Shown in pieces: positions 43,103-55,718 of a stretch of DNA of 64,000 bases. A program made the translations under genes and the position numbers. The stretch is from Balanoglossus misakiensis (taxonomy: Eukaryota; Animalia; Hemichordata): assembly GCA_040954595.2 (NCBI GenBank), contig CM082582.2, positions 7,504,063 to 7,568,062 of the forward strand, read 5' to 3'. The notes under the pieces were generated by a model that was given only the letters and a program-made list of their open reading frames with translations, did not search any database and had not been told where the DNA came from. The first letter of the stretch is position 1; the number at the start of each line of letters is the position of its first letter.

Positions 43103-46100
43103 ATGACAGAACCGAGGGACCTCAGAGAGCGAAACCAAGACGTGTGGTACCGTAAACCGCGCAGTCGACGCATTATAATTTCCGTGTCGATTGTCCTGTT
43201 GCTGTTTTTGATTTTTATCGTCCTCATTGTTTTGGCCACGCGGAATGGCGGTGATCAGTTGCCCTCCGATCCACTGGAACGGGCCAAGGTGCTGATGAAA
43301 CGGGTTCCACTCGTCGATGGGTGAGTTATGTTTATGCTGCCATGGATTGGTGGTGGTGGTGGTGGTACTAGGCCTAGTGGTTTTATAGTGGTACACAACG
43401 ATTGTCAGTTCCAGAATTTCGCACCACCAGGGCAATGCACGACACATTTCGGTCTTATCATTTGAACTAGGTCGTAAAGATATGGAGGGGGCTGGCAGGT
43501 AACGCGGTCGCGGGGATCTTTGCGGTACATATGGTCCTGTGTACACCTATTCGTGCAGACTGCTTGAGTATGGTCAGATATATACATGTATATGTACACA
43601 TAAAATGTGGAAAAAACTGGCACTTCTTGACAGTCTATAGGACCGGGCACCTTTACTGGCCAAATTGGTGTTGTTGTTTTTCTATGTCGTGACCAAGTTT
43701 CTCAAGTGGCCTCGCAGATTCAATTTACCGCTAAACACCTGACCGCATTTCGCCCAAGATGACCGCCACTCGTGCATTCAACGATGCCATTCCTGTAGGT
43801 CAACGAATGCACTGTCTTCACACATTGTAGTACATGTACATGTATTATTATATCAGGACATAGGCCTACACACAGGCCAATAGACCCGTGAATGGTGTAC
43901 CAGCATCTTTTAACAACAAAGGACCGAACAATCTCGCACCGGCCATACTCAATAATCCATGGTCGTGCGACATTGGTCTATCAATGGTGTTATGCAACTT
44001 CGGTGCACATGTTTGTGGCATCATGACTTGTCAAATCACATCATGTCTGCGGTGAAATAGAGACCACAGTATATACATGTAATCGGTATATAACTTTGAA
44101 AATACCGTAATTGTCATTAGCTAATAGAGTCCGTACTGAAATGGTCCGGGGGGGGGGGGGGCAGACTTTTCTGACAAACGTTAGCAAACATTTGAACATG
44201 GTCACAGTTGTTTGCCTATGGTGATGATCAATCTTTACATCTTGAACAGTGAGTGATGACATCATTTAAACCAACAAGGACATGATCCGGGGTGCTTTCA
44301 ATGAACTGTGTCGAATTATTCCGTTACCTGGACGACAAGGTACAAGACGTGGCTTGCCAATCATATGCACATGCATATTCTCTCAAGCATAATACCATCC
44401 AGTACACGTGTGCCCACATGATTGAATCTTTTCAATTCTGCGGAGATTCCCGCCATATTGTCCTTGAAAATTTCATTTTTCCAAACCCTGGCCATGGATT
44501 GGGCTGATCAAATTCAGGCGAATACGCCTACATTTCGCTTGTACATGTACCAACGCAGACAGAACAAGAGACTTGCAATGGAAACGAAGTTGGTTCACTT
44601 TTTTTCTCTTTTTTTCCAGTCACAATGATTTACCATGGCAACTGAAGGTGAATTTTGATAACCGGTTGGAGCAGATCGATTTGCGGGAGAGCACTGCCGA
44701 CAAGTTTGGAGACTATGGACACACAGACATTCCTAGATTACGTCAGGGACTGGTGGGGGCTCAGGTAAACGGATGTACATGTAGTTATTAGTTACACGTA
44801 TATTGGAGCTTGTTGACACAGCAACGATATAAAACTCTCTATGTAGTCGACTTTCATGACGAAACTACAAAATAATCACATAGGCTTAAAGGCCAGTGTT
44901 ACTGCGATAAGGGTCCATAACATTGAGCTTGAGGTTCTAGTATTAATGATTCGTTTACTGTCTTCATTACCTTAAAATGACAAACCATTATTAATTCATT
45001 TATTATTTATTACTTTATTTATTGTTGTTTATTTGTTTATGTTTACTTGTTTACAGTTTTGGGCCGCCTATGTTTCCTGTAAAAATCAGTACAAAGACCC
45101 TGTAAGATTTGCAATGGAACAGATTGACGTCATCAAACGGTTTACTCAAAAGTACCCGGATGATTTTGAATTTGTTACAACAGCGCAAGGTAGTTACTTT
45201 CTGCATTTAAATCTTACAAATGACATTCGCACTATCTCCTGTTCTTTCTCCGTGAGAGCATATTACCCGTATTACTGTAACTTAAAATAAGTCGCGTACT
45301 GTGGTCCATCTGTAGGTATATGGGACGCCTTCCACGACGGAAAGATCGCGAGCATGATCGGTGTAGAGGGCGGCCATGCATTTGACAGTCAGCTCGGAAA
45401 TCTACGCATGTTGTACGACGTGGGTACTCGATACATCACAATCACACATAGCTGCAACACCCCCTGGTAAGCCTATTACCACCATTTTGTACGTGGCAAT
45501 GTGTCTTTGAAAAATAATGTCACTTGACCAAGATTACGTTCAGCGGAATATAATATAGCCGATACATGTACATGTACATGTTATATTTGAGAATTTTCTT
45601 CCCGGAATTAGCGTTCTGACTTTAAAGTATTCTTTTTAAAGTGTTCTTGTTCTTGTTTTACCTCTAGGGCTGACAATTGGAAGTGTTCTCAAGACGGCAA
45701 TCCAGAGTTCGGTGGTTTATCCGAATGGGGTGAGGTAAGCAACGATAATTTTCGATAAACATGAACCAGTTTTGCGGGCGCACCCGACCCAAAGAGAAAA
45801 GGCTGTCGAAATGTACGGGTGAATAAGGTTAGGTTAATAGTTTACGCTTTCACATGGAAAATTTTACAGTTTTTTTAAAACCACGTTGAAGTGCATTAAA
45901 AGTAGAACTGTCTGTATCGTTCCATCCAACAGGTAGTTATACGCGAGATGAATCGACTGGGCATGCTCATTGACCTTTCACACGTGTCCTTTGATACCAT
46001 GCACGACACTTTGCGCGTCACCGAGGCACCTGTCATCTTCAGCCATTCGTCGGCCTTTGCTCTCTGTGCCCATCATCGCAATGTCCCGGATGACGTGTTA

Positions 46101-47471
46101 GAAAAAGTGGTGAGTTCGCTGCTTTACCAAGCTGACAGCGACAGAAAAGTTATCGCTTGAAATTGTTAAGACATTAATAGAAAAAAAACGGATTTAAATT
46201 TGACTACAGCATTTTCTATAGTTTTAATCCTAAGTTCATTCCTTATATTTTACGTCGGTTTCAGATAATGTTTTTCAGTTGCTAAGGTAACTCTTTGGCT
46301 GTGTGTCTGTTGTATTACAGAAAGAAAATGGTGGCGTTGTCATGGTGAATTTCTACGACAAGTACATCAACTGTCCGCCAATGAATCAGTCGGTTTGCAA
46401 TCTTACCCAGGTGGCAGGTACGTAAAGTTCACATGAGCTAACACAACAACAAAATCAAATTATCATCTCATTTTACTAATATCAAACTTGTCTTCGATGG
46501 ATTTGTCAGTGCTAATCTGGTTTAACGAATAAATTCATACAGCCAATGGTTCAGTAGTTTCATACCCTCTCGTTGATTGGTAGATCACATTGATTATTTG
46601 AAAAGCAAGTGTGGAGTGGATTGTGTTGGAATCGGTTCAGACTATGACGGTGTCACAACGTAAGTACCTTGTATGGTAGACATTATTCATGCATGCTTAA
46701 TATTTCAAGACCTGATTGACCGTGGAAATTGATTTTTTTATGGAGAGAGCACCTTGAGAATGATGCATTCATAAATGTTCGGAATGTGATGCAATTTTCT
46801 TGTTAAACGAAGGGAGTTTTGGGCGCTCTGCAAACCACCAGTGGGAGCGCTATTTGACCTCCATGGACGAATGCATGGACGAAAATTTAGCCAGTGCAGT
46901 CAATGAGATACGGATCACTATATTTTATGAAATATGAATATTTACCTCAACGCTTCCATTTCACGTTTATTTTACGGTGGCCGGATGGGTGGGTTGGCTT
47001 TCTGGCCAGTTGTTTGGTGGTAGACAAGTTCTTCGTCCCTGTCTATTTCTTCTGATGTGGTGTTCTGATCCCGATAATTCAAAACTTCTTGTGGGAGCTC
47101 ATGTTTTCAATCTTGTTGCAGTTTACCCGAAGGTTTGGAAGACGTGACAAAATTCCCGGATCTCATCGCTGAGATGATACGACGAGGCTGGAGTGATGGC
47201 GACATCGAGAAACTACTCGGCAGGAATCTCATCCGGGCATTTGAACAAGCCGAGCAGGTGAGAGTGACACGTGACTGTGACATTTCTACATTTAAATAAC
47301 ACACCTGGGTGTGAAAATAAAATCACGAGATTGCTAATTCCATCGTTCCGATTTATTTTTAAGGTCCGCGACCGACTGTCGAGCACGATTGAACCCTACG
47401 ACGAGAGTATACCACGTGACAGCGGCGAAGAAATGAACAACACGTGTCGCCATTACGTCTACACGGTGTAA
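43103..47471 (+). CDS. Membrane dipeptidase (M19) C, close paralogue of A; exons 43103-43320, 44620-44764, 45057-45189, 45316-45466, 45668-45734, 45933-46109, 46321-46417, 46584-46659, 47122-47257, 47364-47471
   Basis: All M19 motifs intact. Exons highly similar to gene A. Confidence 0.95.
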
Positions 47472-48775
47472 ACGGTCGACTGAGGTGGTCCAGAGATTCA
47501 GGACACCACGCGTCACCATTACAGTTGATCAGTGAAAAAAATTCAGTTCCTGTCGAACGCTCACTTCTCTCCAAAACGAGAATCAACGATGGAAAACGAA
47601 CATTGTACGAATGATTGATACTCATGGGTGGCAACTTACCAAGCTTTAAAATCAATGACATTTTAAATATAACACCGTCCTTTATCTGTCATCGTTCGTG
47701 ATGTGCTCGGTTGAATAATAGAGAATAAAGTTTTCACGCAATCTCTGTACATGTGTACCGAAAGACCAAATATGTATATTGGTATCCAGGGGGAAATGCG
47801 TTTTAAAGAGTATTATACTCTTCGTGAGTTTATGAATGAAAACGTGACTTTCGGCTTGCGCAAATATCTTATATTTTTGTTACCATCGTTTTGTGTGTGC
47901 CCTGAAACGGTACTGATCGTGCTGTCGAGATGGACGATTGGTGGTCAACCCGCAAAATACGACATAGGAACATGGATTAATTGATTCGTCAATCCATCGA
48001 AAAATTAAGAAAAACAGAGAGTTGTCAAGACATTGTTCTGCACATTCACAGACATAACAGTGGCGTATAGGAAGAACATTGGAATAAACTTTTGTCCTCG
48101 TTCTGTATTGTTTATGACACATTGCAATATTACGGAGTCCGTGGGTCAAAAACTCATTTGTTATATTAAGCAAATAAGCTATATTTTGAAATATATTATA
48201 ATTGCCCGTTTATGTCACATTGCAACATGTCAAATCCAAACAGGGCATTTACGCCATCCAGGTTCAACGACCTCTGCGTATTTCTCTAATGCATGCTCCT
48301 GCATGATGTTACTTGTCAGACAGTCCCAAAGTCAACGCGCAAGCTGCAAACAGTTACTGTTGTTTTATTACAAAGGCAAAAGTGGACGTTTTGTGCTTCA
48401 CGGAGTTCAGACAGAACGCCAGCCGTAGTCATTCTTTGTCTGCGAAATAGACTTGCCCAGGTGCCAATTACTAACTGTAAGTCGCTTTTTTGAAAGCTCA
48501 ATGTGAATGACCTTGTCTATGAAAGCCCAACTTAATTATCAGATTTAGCTAACGGGAAAATATTTACCTGATAAAAATTGAAGGATTGACAAGACTGTAG
48601 TTACCACAAGTTATCTGAAGCCAAACACTTCAGATGACGTCGGTCCACAACCATCCTATACAGCTGGTAGTAGACTACGTATTTGCGTACACAATAAGAA
48701 AGACAGGCTTGTATAAGCTTGATAGTTACAAAAGACGGGTTGATAACGATGATTCTCATAAGATAAAATACTTCA

Positions 48776-51621
48776 CTATAAAATTGGTTTAGTCCTTTCA
48801 TGCGCAGGCAAGTAGAGTTTGAATTCCGCTGGTAGTTCATCTTCTGAATAGAGTCTGTCTGAGAAGTATACACGACGAATGCGGCAGTTGGCATGAATCT
48901 GGTGATGGGGGAAAAAGAGGAGCAAAATGTCAGAATTGGAAGAAAGTATGGCTCACAAGTTCACGCGAAAAGTACATTTGTGTGTACACGAAATGAATTC
49001 TAACTACTAACTATCAATACTAGTGTAATTTGTAGGAGCAAAACCGGGTCACTTGACTCACCTGAACTCTGATTGTTTCAATGTAGTTTGTACCATACGC
49101 ACGCCTTGTGAAATCTGACAAGTTAAACTGAAACAAGAGAAAACAACAATTTCATGAGTAAATGACAGCATACCTAAAGATGAATATCAAGACTACTTTC
49201 ACTCTGGCTGAAATTCATTCCAGTATGCCCATTATCATAAGAATTACCCCCCAAAATATCACAGGTTTGCATGAAGTAGAGGCTGCCGCCTTGAGCAAGA
49301 AACGCTTTTTACCAGTAAGACAATTATAACTTACCTGAATTTGGTTCCATCCATCGTCAAGTCTCATTGGCATTGTGCAGATAAATGGTTTGACACGAGT
49401 AGTACTCTGGTAATTGCTAGCCCTGAACCGTCTTCTGACATTCTTGTCGTCGAGCACTTGAACTTCAAATGTGAAATATTTCTTCAAATTCTTAATGATC
49501 ATTACAAGGAATGGAAGTTTGATCCCGAGCTTCTCCTTGAGATCTGCCGGACATGTGATGTATGTCGTGCTGTAAAGAATCAAAAGCACAGGATTGAGCA
49601 TAAGCTTTTTTAATAACTCAAGTTTCTACAATACAACCCAAGTTGTTAATAATTTGAGATACTATGAATAAGTTGGACAATATGCTCTTGCAAAATGATA
49701 AATATTAAGACAAAATGCAATATTCCTGTTGAAGATTTTATACTGGTAGTGCTACTTGTTATGGCCTTTATGTATACACTTGTATACTTTTGTTGTTTCG
49801 TGGTTAGAGAATATCTTTGCGTCTATTTGTTGGAGCATGGAGGTAGTGTTGGACCATGTGACCTATATCAAATCAGTGTTCACTTAGAAACACCCATTGT
49901 AGTGCAGGAGCTAAACCCCAAATTTTGGCATAATTACAACCCACATTCCTGTGTCTGAGTGTTAAACTTGCCCAAAAAGTGTCATTAATGGGGGAAAAGT
50001 GTAAATGTCAGTTTCTAGCCACTAGATGGCGCTGTCTTTAGAGATCCATATTGGAAAATGTCCGCCATGGGTCAATGAATAATTGTACCAAATTTCATGC
50101 TTTTAACCCAAAGTGCACAATTTTAAAGTATGAATGTCTGTTTCTGGCCACCAGAGGGCGCTGTCATTTTGGATCCATATCAGAAAATGGCCGCCATGGG
50201 TCAATGCATTAGTGTACCAAGTTTCATGCTTTTAACCCAAAGTGCACGATTTTTTGGTTAACTGCCCCACTATTGTGGGCCTCGCAACAATCATCACACG
50301 CCGCATCGGCTTTGCAACTACAAATCTACTTACCTAACATTTGTGCCGACTATTTCAAGTACCAAAGACTGGATGTCGTTATCTGTTATCCTCTTAATAT
50401 GTCCGTTTCGAATCTGTAAGGAGAGAAAAACGCCAGTAAGTTCATGTTTTCATGAGACATGTGGGTCGGTCGCCTCACCTCTAAAGATAGCAAGATGGCG
50501 GCAAAGGGTGTGCGACCTCAATGTGATTGTCAGCACCGTCAGACGTTTGAACGCTCGATGCTTCGAAATTACAACATTTTGTACCTTGATATCGGTACCG
50601 ATTAAGCTTAGTGGCATTGGTGTTTATGGACTAAAATACATGGACTCAAGAACATCCAAAAATTGACACAAGATGAACGTAGACGAGACGAAGGGCCTCA
50701 GCATTCTACGCGAAGTATACATGCATGTGTTTGATTGTAAACACAACACAATTCGTTGTTGATGTGTGAACAATTCTCCTCTAACAAACACCAAAAGAGC
50801 TTTTGAAACAGTAAAAATATTTAAAACGATTTACAATTCTCAAGAAATTTGCAAAATACACTGTTTTCAACTCGGATTCCCTCAAACTTTTGATGTGCAC
50901 GCGTGTTGTCAAGCAAGTATGCAGGCTCCTGGTTTGCAGGTGGGTCACTTAGTAACCCGTACTGATGCACACGCCAATCTGACAATAAACACGGATATTT
51001 TTCAAAAACCTGCATTTTCTTGTCATATCTGACAATTTTCAAGACCACTGAGTATATAAACTGACCAGAATAGCTTGCATGTGATATCCAACGAATGTCG
51101 GAACAGTCAGAAATCTGTTTATACTCGCGACTTGCTAAATACCATGGACACTCGCTTTCTAAAACTTTTTTGTTTACCCATGGAGATAAACTCGCTGTAC
51201 GCCTTATATTTAATATGACGATCTCAACATGTAAACGCACAAAAATGAATCAAACGCGAGTGGTTCGGACGTTAGGACCAGTGAATCGCATCATATTTGG
51301 AGTCGGTTAGGGGGCAGAGGTAGACAGGGAAAGGATTTTGCTTCGATAAAATCGAATTTCGGCCGAAAAAGCTGCGGTCCGGATCCGGACCGCAGAAGCA
51401 CCAGTTTTTTTCTATGGCGCCTTGCAGGGCTGTGGTGGAGGCCGTGTAACGCCGGGAACACACAGACCTGTACGCAGAGCTACGATGCATGCAGAACGAT
51501 GTATCGTAAAGCCACCAGAAAGTCGATTAAAACTCACCTTTTTATCCCAAAATAGTAGAGGCTTACTGCCAATACTGTATAAAATTGATAAAAAGCCTGA
51601 CTGGAACGTATTTTTAAACAT
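48776..51621 (-). CDS. CFAP20: Diverged duplicate of CFAP20 (ORF intact, altered C-terminus ...[13 protein letters not shown]); 5 exons
   Basis: [21 protein letters not shown]..., [62 protein letters not shown]. Several substitutions relative to the copy at 55.7-57.8 kb. Confidence 0.85.
49900..50272. mobile_element. 373-bp Academ-like non-autonomous element (TAGTG...CACTA) in intron 2 of the CFAP20 duplicate
   Basis: Absent from the other CFAP20 copy (empty site CCCATTGTGGG near 56732). TSD is TTG (or ATTGT). Two internal ~130-bp repeats. Confidence 0.8.
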
Positions 51622-51922
51622 CTTCACTGTTTCTAAGGATAATCCTAGTAAAATCCACACACTATGAGTTCGTGTCGCGACTGGCAACTATTTGTGCGTA
51701 AACAGTGGCTGCGCATGTGCAGCCGCCTCAGTAGCCGATCGACAATTCAATCTTTATTCGATATTATGCATAAATATTTGGTGGTTATTCTGGCAACAGC
51801 ATGCATATATTATACTTGTCAATTAGCTGATCAACCTGGTCATCTGACCAAGTATTTTTTCTTGAAAAAACAACAAAAAACAGTTTGCGAATTTCAACTG
51901 CATACAATACGTATACTTTCTC

Positions 51923-52977
51923 CAACTGTCCGCCAATGAATCAGTCGATTTGCAATCTTACCCAGGTGGCAGGTATTGTAAAGTTTACATAAACTGGCAT
52001 ATTAAAATCAACTGTTATCATTAATTTTTCAATTAACAAAATTTAATGGCATTTCGAACTAAAATACATAGGCCTGCAATAACAATATGGATGGATATCG
52101 TACATTAAATGTACTAGTACGTATCAGCGCTAACCTGGTTTAACGAATAAATACAGCCATCGGTTCAGTAGTTTCATACCCTCTCGTTCATTGGTAGATC
52201 ACATTGATTATTTGAAAAGCATGTGTGGAGTGGATTGTGTTGGAATCGGTTCAGACTATGACGGTGTCACAACGTAAGTACCTTGTATGGTAGACATTAT
52301 TCATGCATGCTTAATATTTCAAGACCTGATTGACCGTGGAAATTGATTTTTTTATGGAGAGAGCACCTTGAGAATGATGCATTCATAAATGTTCGGAATG
52401 TGATGCAATTTTCTTGTTAAACGAAGGGAGTTTTGGGCGCTCTGCAAACCACCAGTGGGGACGCTATTTGACCTCCATGGACGAATGCATGGACGAAAAT
52501 TTAGCCAGTGCAGTCAATGAGATACGGATCACTATATTTTATGAAATATGAATATTTACCTCAACGCTTCCATTTCACGTTTATTTTAAGTGGCCGGATG
52601 GGTGGGTTGGCTTTCTGGCCAGTTGTTTGGTGGTAGACAAGTTCTTCGTCCCTGTCTATTTCTTCTGATGTGGTGTTCTGATCCCGATAATTCAAAACTT
52701 CTTGTGGGAGCTCATGTTTTCAATCTTGTTGCAGTTTACCCGAAAGTTTGGAAGACGTGACAAAATTCCCGGATCTCATCGCTGAGATGATACGACGAGG
52801 CTGGAGTGATGGCGACATCGAGAAACTACTCGGCAGGAATCTCATCCGGGCATTTGGACAAGCCGAGCAGGTGAGAGTGACACGTGACTGTGACATTTCT
52901 ACATTTAAATAACACACCTGGTGTGAAAATAAAATCACGAGATTGCTAATTCCATCGTTCCGATTTATTTTTAAGGT
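51923..52977 (+). pseudogene. Dipeptidase C fragment (3' half of exon 7, exons 8-9; lacks 5' exons and last exon)
   Basis: Near-identical to 46368-47365 including most intron sequence. Starts mid-exon. Carries K>M, G>S and E>G changes. Confidence 0.9.
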
Positions 52978-55718
52978 TTATATACAACTGTTATCCGTGG
53001 CTGATGTACATGTACTATTTGCGTCCCAGGTGCATGCACCGGCGCAATGCAACGTGTCCAGGGCGTTGTAATGTGTTGGACTCGCAGCTTCGAAACGTGA
53101 CGCGTCCCAAGGCGACCTTTGACCACACTCATTAGGATGACACATCTTGATTAGTTACGAACAATAGCAACAAGGTTACAGTGTTTTCAAATCAACTTTG
53201 GCATACATTCTCATTAGCAAAAGAATGGGCCAACCTTTTCACACATTCATGAATGAACACTACTCAACGGATGACGTCAAACTGAAGAAAAAAATCGATT
53301 TACTATTACATTGTCGGACAGTTCGGTACAACGCTCTTTACGCTAATGTAAACACTGGTAAACAATATCGCACCTATAGTAACTGACAATCGTGTCCTGG
53401 AGGTAAAAGGCATGGCCACGTTTTCGCACAATGTGCCACTGGGCTTGTCCGGTTTCATTGTGTTGTGACGACGGTTATACTAGTAGTATATATGATAATA
53501 GCGGTTATTCATCGCTGCGTAGCGGGAAGGCGGTATTTTTAGGACCAGGTTGAATAATTTTATAGCTTCACAGGTGTGTCTGCCATACAGAAGCTTCTAA
53601 AAATGGACAGGAAATAATGAGTGACACAAAAAGCGACCAGGATATTAACATACAACGCCCCGTGTAAAATGTTTTGTATTGTTCACAAAAGTATAAAGGT
53701 GTCGCTCACTACTTTTTTATTTAAAGTGCAGTTGGTGGTGTTGTTGGTAAGGCTAAACGGTCGTGAAAACGCTACTCAGTCACCCCACACCGTGGGCAGC
53801 CTACTTCCTACCTGGACTGAATGACATCACCACCAAATCAAAGTGGTCGCGTGTTAAGGAACAACAATGCACTGTTGTTGTGAGGGTGTGTTGTCATGTG
53901 ACTCGACTGCTGGATACTAGGGTAATACAAATTCTTGTCTTCACCTTCATCCTGGCCGTTTAGCCATTCCCAAATAAAAATTCTCACCCCTCCACCAAAT
54001 ACTACCGACCTTCTTGTTGAACCAAATTCAAATATTTACATGTACGATGTGTTGTGTTTGTTTACACCTGTATTTTTACTGTGATACAAAGCCATTAAAA
54101 ACATGACCACATTACACAAATGCGTCAAGATGATCAAAAGCGATCAAAAGATTGCTTTTAGAGACATACGTCACCATTGCTTTTCGGCGTGTATTAAAAG
54201 GGCCCTCCTTTTTGAATAACAGACTTATGGTTCGGTTACTTCCTGCAAACGAGACTATAGAAAGACCTAACCTGTAGACAGTTATACTTCCTAGTGCGGG
54301 CGTAATTGGCGTGGGTCCATCCATGTCCTTGATGGATTCTGCCGGATGTCCTTGGCGAACAAAAGAATCTTTTTCTTGACTCAATACCATTCAGGTTGCG
54401 TCATGAATACAGCGTTCAATGAATGATTCTCGAGACCACTAAAGAGGTTACATCCACTGGGATTTATGGTCATTACAAGTATAGATCAGATCTTGTGTAC
54501 AAATAGTGTTTAATTTTGGAGAGAGAAAAAAAACGACTGCCCCCCCCCCCCCCCCTCTCAATTTTTTGCTATGCGACCTTCAGGTGAACCAAGCCTCTCT
54601 CTGTCTTTGGTGAAAGAGCCATCCCCACCTGCCTTCAAGGCGCCGACTTTACATGCAGATGGAATGCCCACCATTCTTCCACCAATGATTAACTTTTCCC
54701 AGGTGCCACACACATGTACTGTCCAAATACAGACACACACACACACATATATAATTATATAAATGGTCTCCTCACGGTCACACACACACACACACATAAG
54801 AAGTCCACCAATTATTGGAAAAAAATGACGTTTTTTATTAAATTAACAAAATTGAAATTTTGTCTAAAGCTACATGTAATCTGTCTTGAAACTAGCCTAC
54901 CATTTGTTACCATAGAAACTGTCATTTGCTCAGTCATTCAGGAAAAGGTTTGTTTCTTGAACTTTTAAAAATATTTGAACAAGAAATGGTATTACTACCA
55001 CAGACAAAAAATATTTACAGTGATGACAGAATGTTTGTTTTTTTTGGTTGTTTTTTTTTACTTTTCAAAAGGGAAAGAACATTGGCTTGCATGCACTGAA
55101 TTCCCCCAAAACCTCGAAATCCAATGCTATACTTTACATGAGTTTGAATGCCAAGCAAAAAAAATATACACTATGACTTTCATCCACAATATTGCAACAA
55201 CTTGGAAATGTGGTTGTCATCAGCCGGGGTCTTGGGTTGACATTTCAGTGGGATGTGACTGACCCTGCTTCCCCGGGGTCATACCAACACCCAGCAGCAG
55301 AGTACAGGGGCGCATGGGTGGGTTAGCCGTGTCTCGTAGTCTTTTCCCCCGAGAGTTGACAACACCGGAAGCCAACGAACCGGAATCACCCGGGTCGACA
55401 TTGCCAAGATTCGATCCCCAAAAGTTGCCCTCCGCAACATGCCGTTTGTTTTACTACACGTCACAACTAACAAAGCTCCATCTCATACTCCTGTCAATAT
55501 ATTTATTCAATAAACATGTATCTCCATATTGGCATAGAGTTCATTTCTCTCTCTCCCTTTTTTTTTGTTTTCCCCCATACAGTAGCACTGTATTCCGTTT
55601 TGTGTGAAATATCAATATATATAAACTGTCAGAGCAAAGTCCAAATAATAGCATTTGTCCATAGTAGATGTTCCACTATTGGCTGATCAGTGATTGTTGG
55701 TATAGTCTTTACTGTCCC

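Noticed and set aside
51151-51481. 330-bp segment present in only one CFAP20 copy
   Set aside because: No TSD or TIR found, so it cannot be called a mobile element and may be a deletion in the other copy.
54112-54390. 92-aa minus-strand ORF, possible transposase remnant
   Set aside because: No recognisable motif or splice support.
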